Part shown: in pieces, positions 1-13,113 of the stretch
Layout of the letters: each line of letters opens with the position of its first letter
How positions within the stretch are numbered: position 1 is the stretch's first letter
Assembly (NCBI GenBank): GCA_951406725.2
Contig: OX597819.1
Location: 54,560,001-54,624,000 of the forward strand
Length of the DNA stretch: 64,000 nucleotides
Source: Octopus vulgaris
Lineage: Eukaryota
Direction: 5' to 3'
Position numbers and translations under genes: made by a program
Notes under the pieces: generated by a model
Told to the model about the DNA's origin: nothing
What the model saw: the letters and a program-made list of their open reading frames with translations, nothing else
The model's database searches: none

Positions 1-558
1 CAGTAGCCATCGTGAAATGATTCCACTCCAAGAAATGACTAGGAAACTGTCACATGAATTAAAGGGAGGCTACTCGATGGGATCTAGTGGGCTTAGCGGT
101 GTACTTGCGACCAGGCTAGAGATGTTGAAGTAACGCCTATAATTTAGGACTAAACAAGCAATCACTCCCCAGTTAAAAGAAAATAATCTCCTAAATGTTT
201 TACATAAAATAGGAAAAAAACCCTAGCGTGGAAAACTATTAAGTAATTCTTGTGTATAAAGTCTATGCTTTAAAAGAAAGGGAAACTATCTATAATATCA
301 GCATGTATACTAGTATACTTTCCTAGGAAATACAAGTTGATATTATAATATGAACTTGGAACATTTCTATGAATTAAAACATTAAAAAAAATTGATGTTA
401 AAGATACTGAAGTTTAATAAATTTATGCTATAAACTAAATCTTGTATGGATGTATGTACGTGCGTGTGCTGTATCTTATATCCAAATTTTATCAATCAAT
501 CAGGATATTTAATAACGTGGTTCAAATTTTGTGAAACACCGATTATCTTCCAGTCAAT

Positions 559-689
559 ATGGCAGACAAAACGGAACGTTTCGAGTCTTTGGAACATCAG
601 CTAGAAACATTTATTGAAACAACTCGACAAATTAGTATAATAGTTTCAGACTTTCAACAACAAGGCCAAAACTTACTAAATCAAAAACT
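559..689 (+). CDS. MED10: MED10 (Mediator subunit 10) exon 1
   Basis: ATG at 559 gives MADKTERFESLEHQLETFIETTRQISIIVSDFQQQGQNLLNQK, matching the MED10 N-terminus (LE..LE.F.E..RQ..IIVSDFQ...Q..LNQKL). GTAAGT donor at 690, phase 2. Confidence 0.96.
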
Positions 690-1213
690 GTAAGTACATT
701 TTATCTGTTATGTGACATTTATAATTAACATATATGATACTTGTCTAACGCCGTGTTGTCACATACTACGTCTCCGTGTATAACAGTTCCAATTATATAT
801 ATTTCTATATTTATAAGACTATTTCTAAGGATTATCAGGGTGGATCTATACGAGGTTTTTATGTTTAAATGCAAGAAATTATTCTGCAGTTTAAAAGAAA
901 TTATATAAAGTAAAATATACTAAATATAAAAAAGAAAAAGTGTGCAATAATCGAGGATGATTAAATATATACATTTAAAACCGAAGATCTGAACGATTAT
1001 TTAAAAAAAAAGTTATTTGTAATCAAAACAAAATAAATCGCAATTATTTATTGCCTACTCCTTACATAATTAGATAAACGTCTGTTTCACTCGTATTAGT
1101 TGGTCATACGCAATGTTTGAAACAACAAAACATATTAAAGTAAAACTGGACGTTCATGTGAGAATTTCTGCCAAAGGGTATGATTTGTTGTATGAATCAC
1201 ATATATATGATTC

Positions 1214-1264
<51 letters not shown>

Positions 1265-1274
1265 GTCACAACAT

Positions 1275-1318
1275 GGGACCTTGAAGACTGTTTAAATGCA
1301 AGAAAGTATACTAGTCCC
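1275..1318 (+). ncRNA. Hammerhead-ribozyme-like motif within a ~200-bp repeat (second copy at 19581-19624)
   Basis: GGGAC/GTCCC stem I, (C)TTGAAGA core variant, weak stem II, GAAA, palindromic AGTATACT stem III, CUA triplet. The repeat 1265-1470 matches 19571-19776 and is flanked by (TA)n. Confidence 0.45.
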
Positions 1319-1466
1319 TTAATATTTGACATACAATATTTCATCTATTCAATAAGACAATCAATACTTCATTTCATTTTACTATATATACTATATATTC
1401 TATATTCTACATTAATATTATAAAGAATATAAATAAAACATAAAAGAAACAGACAAAGTTGGAATT

Positions 1467-1514
<48 letters not shown>

Positions 1515-1799
1515 GGATAAGAGAAAGTAAGGGGAGAGAAAGAAAGATTATTTTATTTTCAGAGTGAAAGTGATTAGAGCAATTTGCTAGCGTGGGAAGG
1601 TAACATCAAATACCAGTGTTTTTAACATCTAGTTTTTAAAGTAAATAAATCTTGCCTGGGAATGATTTGATTCTTTTCTTTTTTTTTTTCATTGTCAAGC
1701 ACGAAGCTCATGTGTAAAAGAGATGAAAGTTGCTTGGTATTGGTTGCTTTTTCTCTCATCTGGAAATTCGTGAAAAGTTCAATGAATTTGATACTTTTT

Positions 1800-2180
1800 T
1801 TTTTTACTTGTTTCTGTCATTTGCTTGCGGCCATGCTGGAACACCGCCTTTTAGTCGAGCAAATCAACTCCAGGACTTATTCTTTGTAAGCCTAGTACTT
1901 ATTCTATCGGCCTCTTTTGCCGAACCGCTAAGTTACGGGGACGTAAACACACCAGCATCGGTTGTCAAGCGATGTTGGGGGGAAAAACACACACACACAC
2001 ACACACATACATATACACGACGGGCTTCTTTCAGTTTCCATCTACCAAATCCACTCACAAGGCTTTGGTCGGCCCAAGGCTTATAGTAGAAGACACTTGC
2101 CCAAAGTGCTACGCAGTAGGACTGAACCCGGAACCATGTGGTTGGTAAGCAAGCTACTTACCACACAGCCACTCCTGCAC
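1800..2180 (-). mobile_element. tRNA-derived SINE with internal (CA)n tract
   Basis: Minus strand reads GCAGGAGTGGCTGTGTGGTAAGTAGC...GGTTCAGTCC (A/B boxes). Same family at 44890-45240 and 50058-55170. Confidence 0.8.
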
Positions 2181-2745
2181 CTGATGATAGATTTGATTCG
2201 CTATTTAGCCTCAGGCCAGCCACCGGGTGAGCAGATCTATGATCGATAAACATTCCAGCCGTTACTGTCTGTTTATGAGTTGATAAAATTGGGTAAGACA
2301 TTAAACTTCATCCAGTGGTGAGTTTCCTCTTCAGCAGTTTTGGGGATTGTGGAGTTACTGCTTTCATCATCATTATTCCCCGGGTTGCTTTGGCTTGGGT
2401 GGTAGTACCTGTCTAGAGCCCTAATTATTGGTCAATAAGTAAGTGATGGTCGTGTGGCTGAGGCCTTTAGCCATGTGTTACATAGGTCCACTGATGTGTG
2501 AACATGACTTGATGTCACACGAACAAATCCCCCTACCCCTGAGTTAATAGGCCCTGTGTCTCAAGGGTAAGCTGGGAGAGCAGTAGAAACCATTGCTCCA
2601 TCTTTCTCAAGAAATATCTTGGAATCTCCAGACACTAGAAGCTGCAACACCTGTAGGCATTATTGCTACTTCTAGCAGGGTGAGTGATCATATAGAGCTA
2701 ATATTTGGCTAATAACTCCTTTGATGTATGTTATAGTAATAAATA

Positions 2746-2875
2746 CAGGGGTGGGCAAATGTAGGTATATAGTTGCTTATATGAGTGGAATTCTTATCCT
2801 AAAAAAGAAATAGAGAAATGAAAAGAACATTCCATTTATTTTAAGCAACAATATACATACTTTTGCCAACCCCTG
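2746..2875. mobile_element. Tc1/mariner-type MITE
   Basis: TA|CAGGGGTGGGCAAA...TTTGCCAACCCCTG|TA terminal inverted repeats with a TA target-site duplication. Confidence 0.8.
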
Positions 2876-3136
2876 TATTTTAGTTACAGTACTTTTACTT
2901 TGAAATTTTATCTTTTTTCACTTGCATATATTTCTAGCCTCTCAGAAGTGGCAACAAAATTTTCCTTAATCTCATTCATTTGCTTTTAAATAGAAGACCA
3001 AAACTTTGATCTTGATTTTTCCAGGATGCCTCATCTCTTGCCCCAGTATAAAGGAATATCACCATTACTTGACTGCATAACAACAATCTAATTATATTTT
3101 TTAAATATTTTTTTCTTCTTTTCATTGTGTTACCAG

Positions 3137-3220
3137 CCATTCTATGGTGACAGGTATGCAAGAAATTGACAAGTTAAAAGGACAGATGCATGATGTACAA
3201 GTACCATTAGAAGTTTTTGA
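3137..3220 (+). CDS. MED10: MED10 exon 2
   Basis: Polypyrimidine tract plus CAG acceptor; encodes (L)HSMVTGMQEIDKLKGQMHDVQVPLEVF; GTAAGT donor at 3221; phase consistent with exon 1. Confidence 0.95.
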
Positions 3221-3509
3221 GTAAGTAATATTTTGAAGTCTGTCTACTTGAAAATCTATTAACTACCATTTATCACTCGTCATTTTTTAACAAAATTTTT
3301 TCTATATACTATGATTCCACACTTCTTAGATCTGGTTATTGCCACTACCATCAGTTTATTTTCATGTTAGTATGAACTAGATTAACTTGCTATATAGCAT
3401 ATTATTTTTTGATACTGAGCCATTTCATTTACAACATCTTGAGACCCAGCTTTACCACTTTTCATATCTTTAATCTTTATCTGCTGAGCGTTAAGCATTT
3501 GTGTAAGTA

Positions 3510-4456
3510 CGGTGGCACACGACCTGCTGTGCTTGAGGAGACCTATTGAGTCAAGTACATCAACATCAAAATAAATATCAAATGGAAATTGTAGTTGTGA
3601 TACCTGTGCCAGTGGCACATAAAAAGCACCAACCAATCGTGACTGCTGCCAGCCTCCCCTGGTGTATAAAAAGCACCCACTACACTCACGGAGTGGTTGG
3701 CATTAGGAAGGGCATCCAGCTGTAGAAACACTGCTAGATCAGACTGGAGCCTCCTGGCTTCCCAGGCCCCGGTCACACTGTCCAATGCGTGCTAGCATGG
3801 AAAACGGACGCTAAACAATGATGATGATGACAAGTTTGTGTGTTAAGAAGTTAATATTGTAACTATGTGGTCTCAGGATCAGTTCCACTGAGCAGCACCT
3901 TCTAGCATAGCCCTAAGTCAATCAATGTCTTGTGAGAAAATTTGATAGATTGAAACTATAAAGAAGCTTGTATGTGTATTTGTACTGGTGATATGCAGTG
4001 TTTGAGAGACCTGTCAAGCCAAGTGAAATTGTAGTCATGGCTGATGCTGGTGTCATGTGACTGGCATGTAAAAAGCACCTTTTGAGTGTTGGGCCTCACA
4101 GAGGCAAAGTGGCCAATGCCAGTGACATGTAAAAAGCCCCCTTTCAAGTATTGGCCTCATGGAGGCAATGACAAATGACCAAGATTTTGGCATTATGTTG
4201 TGCTTGGGAAGAAGACCCATCAAGCCAAGTAAAATCACAGTCGTGGCAGATACTGGTGTCATGCAAATGGCACCTGTGTCAGTGGCACATAAAAGCACCC
4301 ATTACATTCTTGGAGTGGTTGGTGTTAGGAAAGATATTTAGCCATAGAAACCAGGCCAAATCAGACTGGAGTTTGGTGCAGCTTTCCAGCTTGCCAGCCC
4401 TGGTCAAACCTTTTATGCCAGCATGGACAACGGACATTAAATGATGATGATGATGA
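3510..4456 (+). mobile_element. Cluster of SINE/RTE-tail repeats ending in (TGA)n
   Basis: Shared segment GAGTGGTTGGCATTAGGAAGGGCATCCAGCTGTAGAAAC...GCATGGAAAACGGAC...(TGA)n. Other copies at 5282-5480 (-), 9336-9700 (-) and 10740-10920 (+). Confidence 0.7.
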
Positions 4457-6410
4457 TTGACATTTCATGGTATTGCTTCTCACTGGCTCAGTGAAACAGT
4501 GATATAACTTTACATTTCTTGTTGATATTATGACTGGTTTTTCAGTGCTTTTGAAGACATGCAGAATAAACTCTAAAAAAGAAAAAAAATCCTTTGCTTG
4601 AAAAACTGGTAATGGTTGGTGACTCAAAAAAGTCCCTATTCGATCCATTCCAGCATGAAATGGAAGATGGAGAATAAAATGAACGAACAAACTCATGTCC
4701 ATACCAACACAATTGGTTGATGCTATTAAAGCCCAGTTACTCTCTTAGCTCATTAGCTGTGCTTTGCCTTTCATGCATGATAGCATTATGCATTCAAGTT
4801 ACCTTATTCATCTTATTTTTCATCGACCTCTTCAAATTTATGTCATTCAGTCCCTCAATCTCTCAGTTCAATGCAACATTAGCATGCCTGCTTTATACAG
4901 TTTGCACTTTGTACAGGGAGATATATCCTTTGGTAGCTAACAGTGGAAATAATTTCTTAAACATCCTGTTATGCTTTCTTGCTCTCTTGCTACTATCCTT
5001 TTCTACAATCAACTCCAGTTCAAAGTTTGCTTGCTAAATAGCAGAAACTACATCAACTCCATCTCGTAAGCTGTATGGAATTAATTTCATGAATTCGTCT
5101 GTCCATTTATCACAGTTGGACTATAGGTGTACATTTAATCATTGCTATCTGTTAATTGATGAGACATCTGTTTTGTACTTGTTGCTTACAAGTAGATTTT
5201 TGAGTACCTATATACTCTATTTCTACTCATGAAGTAAGTATATTTCTCAAGTGCCACTGGGAATTAGAAAAAAGTTTGTCTATCATCATCATCATCATCA
5301 TCATCACATGTCCATTTTCCATGCTGGCATTGATTGGATTGTTTGATAGTTGAAGAGCTGCTCAGGCTCCCTGTCTTGTTTTGGCATGGTTTCTACAGCT
5401 GGATGCCCTACCTAATGCCAGCCACTTTACAGAGTGTACTGGGTGCTGGCACTGGTGCATTTATGTGCACCAGCACCCACAACCCTGCAAGGTTAGAAAT
5501 GCTCAGCTGGAGAGGGATCAGAGGTTAGCCTGTATGCAAGGACAAACATGCTTTTACTTCATTTGACGTATCTTTTCAAGCACAGCAAACTGCCAGGAGT
5601 TTCAGCTCCCTGTCATCTCTTCTGTAGATCCTTTCTTACCACTTCATTTCACATCTTCCTGGGTCTATCCCTTCCACATGTTCCCTCTACAATAAGAGAC
5701 TGACATTTCTTGATGCAACTGTCTTCATTCATACACATTACATGGCCATACCATGTGACTCTTCTTTCGTGGAGTCACATCTATATGTATTTAATCTCAT
5801 TATGAAATTAGACTCCTTGGTTTAATATTAGAAACATTTTAGTGTAAATATTCTATTGCATTTCAACTCCATGCAAACATCAATATCAAGAAGTTTTTGG
5901 AGTGCATAATACTAATTATAGAGGCACAAATTAAATGTAATTTTAATTCTTAGATTACATCTTGACTGACCTACCTTACCTGACAGCATGACATGAACTA
6001 TAGTCGTAAAGGAAAATATGTCTAACATTTTAAACATTTAGTAATCACACTGCTCCTATCTCATAGCAGATAGAAATATATATCGTTGCTATTATGCAAA
6101 AGTGTTGTAAGTCCAAAATGTTGCTTTTTCAGTAAATGGAAAAATAGTTTCACTATTCCATAGCAAAACTGTTGTACTACACTTTGACAATTTTTGGTAG
6201 CTTGGCATCTGAAGCATCTAGAGATATGATAGTTTGACCAAAAGAACTGGCTATTGCAGGCAAAAATAAATATTGAAAATAAATGCATTTGGCCAAATTT
6301 GGACATATGACAGTTTAACATAATAGCAACGATACACACACACACACAAAATCATTTTGACAATATATACAATAATTTTTTCCTTAATAAGTTTTATATA
6401 TCTTTTTCAG

Positions 6411-6513
6411 TTGCATTGATAGAGGGAAAAACCCACATCTTTATACCAAAGAATGCCTAGAAAAGGCTCTTGCTAAAAATGAATTAGTTAAAGGAAAAAT
6501 CGATAATTTCAAG
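6411..6513 (+). CDS. MED10: MED10 exon 3
   Basis: TTTTTCAG acceptor; encodes (D)CIDRGKNPHLYTKECLEKALAKNELVKGKIDNFK (MED10 signature G.NP.LYTKECLE.ALAKNE.VKGKID); GTAAGT donor. Confidence 0.96.
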
Positions 6514-6799
6514 GTAAGTTAAGATTAAATTTCAGACAGTCTTTAGGTGAAGGATTATTGATAATTTAAAAATAAAATTGTCATAACTGTAAAGCTGGGA
6601 TGGATACTTAGTGTGCACAAAACTAAACAGATATGGCTATATGACCATTCATTCTTGCTGACAATGTAAGCACATCACACACATTTTTGACAATTTATCC
6701 AACCATCTTCCATGTATTTATTTGGGGTGAAGGCTTGTGGCTTAGTGGTTAGGGTGTTTGGCTCACGATTAGCCCAGTTAGCCTTCTTTTGATATTGCT

Positions 6800-7810
6800 G
6801 CACCTCTTATGTATCCATAGCTTACACTAGATATATCTTATAGTGTCTACCTATGCCTTTTCTATGGATCGAGCAGGGCCATCTACCTGAAGGGATTTGT
6901 AGTTTGTCTGCCTTCCTACTTATTAGGACTTTTTTTTAGCTAGGTTGACTCTAAGGCCCTTTGATTCTAATCCTTGCTTCCACACCTGAAACTTCTCCTC
7001 TAGTTCTGATAGTGACTCAGTAATTAGAGCAAGGTCATCAGCATAGAGCAGGTCCCAGGGGCATCCTGTCTTGAATTCCTCTGTTATTGCCTGGAGGACT
7101 ATGATAAATAGGAGGGGGCTGAGGACTGAACCTTGGTGGACCCCTACCCCTACCTGGAATTCTTTACTGTACTCGTTGCCAACCCTCATTTTACTGACAG
7201 CGTCCCTATACATGACTCGCACAGCCTTCACTAACCATTCTACTATCCCGTTTCTTCATTGACCACCAGATAAGGGATCAGGGGACCATGTCACCGAAAG
7301 CCAGGTACAGAGGTTTATCTTTGGCTAGGTATTTCTCCTGCAGTTGTCTTACCAGAAATATAGCATCAGTGGTGCTTTTCCCTGGCACAAACCCATACTG
7401 CATCTCATCTGAACTGACTCTCTCCCTAATTAGTTGGGCTATGACCCTCTCCATGACCTTCATTACCTGATCCAAGAACTTGATACCTCTGTAATTATTT
7501 GTATCTAAAGTGTCACCTTTACCTTTGTAGCAGTTGACTATGGTGCTGTCACCTGGTTAACTATATGGGTGACTAGTCTATAGCTGACACTGCCGGATAT
7601 TTTTAGCATCTCTGCGGTGATTCCTGATGGGCCGGGGGCTTTCCCTGTCTTTGTACTCTTAAGTGCTTTATCTACCAAGGCACTGTCAATTTGGATAGCT
7701 GGTCCCTCTATTGGGTTGACATTCGGCAGACTCTCTTTCTCCCATTCATTCTCTTTATTGAGCAACCTTTCATAGTGGCATCTCCAAACCTCTCTCTTTG
7801 CAGCCTCGTA
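6800..7810 (-). mobile_element. RTE-clade LINE reverse transcriptase fragment in MED10 intron 3
   Basis: ORFs with GKAPGPSGITAEMLK, QYGFVPGKSTTDAIF, GVHQGSVLSPLLF and LLYADDL; frameshifted. Confidence 0.9.
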
Positions 7811-7908
7811 AAAGACTTTCTTATTTCCTGAATGTTAAACCAATACATCTGTTTGTTGTTTGCTCACCCATCTTCATCTTATGTTTTTTTTCGTAAATTC
7901 TCACTATA

Positions 7909-7945
<37 letters not shown>

Positions 7946-8003
7946 TATGTAGTTACAAAACTACTACATTGTATTAAGCTTTTATTTTCTGTTTTAATTT
8001 CAG

Positions 8004-8099
8004 AAATTTAAAGTTACTCTTATAGCAGAGCTGAGCAAAGTATTTCCAAATGAAATGGCTAAATATCGTGCAATCCGAGGAGATGATAGACCAGTTTAA
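8004..8099 (+). CDS. MED10: MED10 exon 4 (terminal)
   Basis: TTTCAG acceptor; encodes KFKVTLIAELSKVFPNEMAKYRAIRGDDRPV*. Total CDS is 414 nt = 137 aa plus stop. Confidence 0.96.
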   Translation, partial: KFKVTLIAELSKVFPNEMAKYRAIRGDDRPV

Positions 8100-8215
8100 T
8101 TCTTCTCAATGCCAGTGTCATCTGAAATATTATTCTCAACAACATTTCTCGATTCATTATACATTCATTATTCATCTCATCTACACCTGTAATATTTTGA
8201 CAATTATTTTATTGA

Positions 8216-8221
8216 AATAAA
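8216..8221 (+). promoter_or_regulatory. Candidate MED10 polyadenylation signal
   Basis: AATAAA about 115 nt after the stop codon, with T/GT-rich sequence downstream. Confidence 0.55.
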
Positions 8222-8660
8222 AAAAGTTTTGAAAGCCTAGTGATTTTAAACACTTTGTTTTATGTAATTCTTACTCAGCTATTTTTTTCTTCTCCATCTT
8301 GAAGTCTATTTGATGATGTTGATACTAACCAAGAACAAATAGCAAATCCAAATGAGAAAAGTAACTAGCAAACCCACAGGCTAATCATTTTCTTGTTATA
8401 TTTTTTAACGTTTTACCTGTTTTGTTATTTCTTTAAGTTTTATTAACCCTTTATTCAGTTTACTCTGTCAAATGTAATGCTTATCTATACACATTGTTTT
8501 CAATTAATCATGCATTACTTTGTAGCTTTGGGATTTTGATAAGGTAACTTAACTTTTAGAGTGATGTTTTGTGTAAGAAGCTAGGTCTGACTAGTTTTAT
8601 AATAAAGGAGGATGTATATTTTGGTTAGATATGGCCAGTTTAAAAGCTAAAATATTAAAC

Positions 8661-8942
8661 CAATGTTTCCCAAACTTTTTCAGGCAGCTGTCCCCTTGAC
8701 CTCCAGGTCACATTCTTAGCACCCCCCACCACTCACCACCACAAACATAGGCTACTTTCTGCAGCAAATTCCAAACAACTATTTATTTCACAATTAAAAC
8801 TTAACCTAATTAATCCATTATTTTGTTGCTTTTACATCCACCTTGGCCACCCCGTTATTGACCAACTTTTCTTCAACACACCTTGGATCTTTCCATTGCC
8901 CTCATGGGTAGGGGGTAGTACTGTCCACTCTGTGAACCATTG
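8661..8942. mobile_element. hAT/Charlie-like MITE (degenerate)
   Basis: Termini CAATGTTTCCCAAA...TGTGAACCATTG; right flank GTCTAGAC resembles the Charlie NTCTAGAN target. Confidence 0.5.
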
Positions 8943-9789
8943 GTCTAGACCTTCAGAAATAATAGCATTACATTAAATACTTCACACTATTTGGTTTTAA
9001 TCTCATTTTGTATTAAACCCCACCAGGATTGACTTTTCTTTAACTTTTATCTTGTTTTGGTTAAATAAATACCAGTAATATACTTGGGTAAATTCAGTCA
9101 ATTATACTCTCTCAGCTGCAATAATTGTCATTGTTTTTTTCAAATTGTTTTCATTTTTTAATCAAATTTGTTTTGTTTAGTACTCCTTGTCTCCTACTGC
9201 ACATGTGAAAGGGAACAAATAGTCACTACTCAAACATTATCGTCATTGTTGTCTTTATGTCCATTTTTTCCATGCTGGCATTGTTTGGACAAAATTTATT
9301 GAGGCAGTATTTTGACAGTTTGCGACTGTCCATTTTCATCATCATCATCAACATTTAGCGTCCGCTTTCCATGCTAGCATGGGTTGGACGGTTCAACTGG
9401 GGTCTGGGAAGCCAGAAGGCTGCACCAGGCCTAGTCTGATCTGGCAATGTTTCTATGGCTGGATGCCCTTCCTAACGCCAACCACCCCGTGAGTGTAGTG
9501 GGTGCTTTTTACGTGTCACCGGCACAGGTGCCAGACGGGGCTGGCAAACGGCCACGGTCGGATAGTGCTTTTTACATGTCACCGGCACGGAGGCCCGTCG
9601 GGGCGGTGCTGGCAACGGCCACGTTCGGATGGTTCACTTACATGCCACCAGCACTGGTATCACAGCTACAATTTCCATTGATGTTGATTGATTTCGATTT
9701 TGAAGAGAGAATTTCTTTCTCAGATGGAGGGATAGTTTCCAAATTTTAGATTTATCTTCTCTCATGGCATACTTAAAGATAGTTGATAG

Positions 9790-10290
9790 TTTCTGTTATG
9801 TAGATGACCTAATTAGCAGTGCAAGAGGATACTCTGAAAGTATAGTTGCTAGAATAAGAACTGGGTGGACTAAGCTCAGAGAGCTTTCAATGAAAGGCAG
9901 ATTGTATGATGCCTGTGTATGAACAGCAATGTTACATGGTAGTGAATTGTGGGCCATGAATGTAGAGCACATGAAAGCTAGAAAGAAATGAAACTCGCAT
10001 GCTTCACTGAATGTGAGATGTACATGTATGATGAAGTGTAAATGTGTTGAGAAAAATAAAGCATCAGGTGTAGTATACTAAAGAGAAGACTGTGCTGGTA
10101 TGGTCATGTGTATGAATGAGGACAGCTGCATAAAGAAGTGCTGATTGCTAAGTGTGGATGAAACCTGTAGAATATGTGGGACAAAGTGGTGAAGAACGAC
10201 AACCAGATGTTGAGCTGCATGAAGATGAGAAAGGACTGAAATGACTGAGAAAGGACTAAAATGACTGTGATCAAAGCAAAAATGAAGCCC
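9790..10290 (+). mobile_element. Degenerate RTE LINE 3' region
   Basis: Remnant motifs KGRLYDACV..AMLHGSE.W and R.L.WYGHV with many stops. Confidence 0.6.
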
Positions 10291-11899
10291 TAAATGCATA
10301 TTGTTTATGTCTATGTGCCTGACGAATCTCTCTTTCAAAACTCCTCTTTGCACTCACCTTCCTATTACAAATCTGACTGTTTTGACTTCCCTGTTTCCCA
10401 CCCTCCCAGGAACCACTTCCTTTGTTTTGTGCATTCTCAGTATCATTCCTTACCACCTTCTTTTCCCTTGAACACCCCTTTCAGTTTCCCTTTTTCTCTG
10501 TATACCTCCTCATCTTGACAACCGCATCCCCTGCCATTACCTCTGTTTGTCTCCCTCTATTTCCATCCTTTTGTACCTCTGCCTTTGACCCTGCAATATG
10601 CATCTCTCTTGCTTCACATCATTTGTGGTGCCACCTACCAGCTCCATGACTCACTCCTACACCCTCCCCTTTTCAACTGTTATTCCTGATTGACCATATC
10701 TCCACTCATTACATACCCCTCTGTTCCCATTTCTATCTTTGGTAGCTCCACTAGTGCCAGTGCCACGAAAAAACATCCAGAACATTCAGTAAAGTGGTTG
10801 GTATTAGGAAAGGCATCACAGAAACCTTGCCAAAGCAGACACTGGAACTTGATGCAGTCCTCTAGCTTGCTGGCTCCTGTCGAACAGTCCAGCTCATTCC
10901 TGATGGTGATTATGATAATGAAAATAACCCCTAAAAATTAATCTGTTTTTATATTTGAATAACCCTTAATACAGAACGTGACATCGCCTAGCACATGGCT
11001 CTCGGATGGTGATGGCCTGAATTGCTTGGGTCTTCAGTTGGCCCTGATAATAAGTACCTGTTTATTTTCCATTATTCAATTTTATATCGCAATTTGTGAA
11101 CAATAGACCCGCTGTTACTGGTTACCAACGTGTCCATCATTAATTCGCTGCACTTCTGATGGCTAGAACGACAAAGGAGTATCATGTTTTCCCCTTTCTC
11201 GTAGATTTTTATGTACATTGTCGATATAACTCATATAAATATAATACAAGAATGCATTATTATTATTATTATTATTATTATTATAAGAATATATAAATCG
11301 CTCAGTGACTTCTCTACTCTGTTTTTGACCTCCTACGTGTTCTTCAACATTTTTCAATTACAAGTTTTGAATTCGGTCAACTATAGACATATAAAGCAGG
11401 AAATGATTTTCTACTTCCGATGAGTGGAGGTAAATAAAAAAGTTTAAAATTATAACGTAAAGTGTACTAGCCATCTGAATGTGGCTAGCCACTGGGGGTG
11501 GGTGTTACTGAAGCTTATAGCCCCAGGAGATCATCGTCTCCAGCTGGCTTTAGACACACTTTCTGTGCCCTTCTGATATTCGCAAAAGGAGGTCATCCCC
11601 TCTCGAAAACCTAAGTGATACATACGGACTATAGTTTCGAGGTATTATTTAAAATTATAGTTGTAAGCCAAATGGTAGAAGGGACGTTACTCTTAGATAT
11701 TCCTAAGTAAAGTGTTTTTCCCTGCACATGAGAAAAGCGTCTTCCTCTCCATATAATCACGAAATTTGCTTAGCGGGTGCAAACTCAGGTCCAAATATTT
11801 TTTACAAACAAGACCGATTTTTTTACAGTCTTAATATAAAAACAAACACAGGTATAACAATATATTTTATTATTATACATCGAAAAGTAATACCTCAAA

Positions 11900-12370
11900 T
11901 CTCCCCCAAAATAATTCTTTACTCGCTCGTTTTGACGATGAAGTTTTCCAAGAGGGTGTCCAAAGTGCTTTCATTGCACAAACTTTTATGTACATGCATT
12001 ACAGCACAGTATGTCGGACGATGCTTCATCATTGTGGTTCGGAGTCAGGTCTTCAAACATCAAAGTGTGCTGAACATTCTCTTGTTTGATAGACAGGCTT
12101 GCAACGTGATGACATTTTCATCACAAAGACAGGTCCTTTGCACTTTCAGAAGGATGGTGATTTAGTGAGCAAAGTTCAATGCAACAGTGACCATGGCAAC
12201 CGTAGATCCTTACCTCTTCGAGGACAAGGTCCGGAGAGTGGTTTTCATAGTGTACAAAATAAGTACCAGGAAAGATGTATTTCAATCTCTTTTGTATGTC
12301 TGAAATGTTTCTGCTCATGGTACATGCACAATCAAAGGCAAAAGCAGCATAATCTTGACGATTTTGTTTA
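11900..12370 (-). mobile_element. hAT transposase remnant
   Basis: AFDCACTMSRNISDIQKRLKYIFPGTYFVHYENHSPDLVLEEV resembles the hAT motif D.A..MSG...GVQ.RL....P...FVHC..H.L.L. Confidence 0.6.
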
Positions 12371-12716
12371 AAGGAGGCCTTTTTAACTGACGTCACTGGT
12401 TTACCGACCTTTTTCAGAAAACAACATCAGATAGTTCTGGACACAGTTGTTTTGCCAAAGAGCTTGAAAAGTTCTCCACTTGTAAGACCTGGCTTCTTTA
12501 CAGCTTCATGCTTAATTTGTGACAGAGAACATTGAGAAATAGTCTTCGACTGACCCTTGTCGACTCTCTATCTTCGTAAGTGCTGTAACAAATTTTTTCC
12601 CAGTTTGGTGATATCTTCTATTTATATTTAGATGTTTCTAATGTTGTTTTAGCTTTTGTAAGTTCAGAAGTAATAACGGATTTTTCTGAAGCAGTTAAGT
12701 CACATTTACGACCCAT
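12371..12716 (-). mobile_element. Tc1-like transposase N-terminal remnant
   Basis: MGRKCDLTASEKSVITSEL...QIKHEAVKKPGLTSGELF...VSRTI resembles the paired HTH region of Tc1 transposases; frameshifted. Confidence 0.6.
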
Positions 12717-13113
12717 AATTATACCATTATGAAACCACTCGTCAATAATTTGGAACACTGCAAGTTCGTGGAGATCATGCAAATGTTTGCGGTTTGTTTA
12801 CAAGTGCGCAAAACCTCACGTATTTTTACACACCACGTATCGCTATTATTCTGGGGAAATTTCGTTGAATTCCAATGAGTAGTTTTTAAATAGAACAAGA
12901 GCACTCAAAGAGCGCAGTCATCCGCCAACGCAACACCAACGTCCCTCTCAATGATTAACCGGAGATGATTTTTAAATGAGAATATCTGAAATAAAATCCT
13001 TTAATTAATGTCATGAGACCTTTTGGTTTTCTCCTCTCTTAAATTCCGGTCTTCCTTTAGTAATCGTGTTGTTTTAGATCGATGTATAGAAATATGTATA
13101 TATGTAAGTAAAG

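Noticed and set aside
1-10. Possible minus-strand ATG (ATGGCTACTG) of a gene head-to-head with MED10
   Set aside because: Only 10 nt are visible, so it cannot be supported.
11466-11620. Hairpin-rich segment considered as an HDV-like ribozyme
   Set aside because: I could not assign the nested double pseudoknot (P1-P4) by eye.
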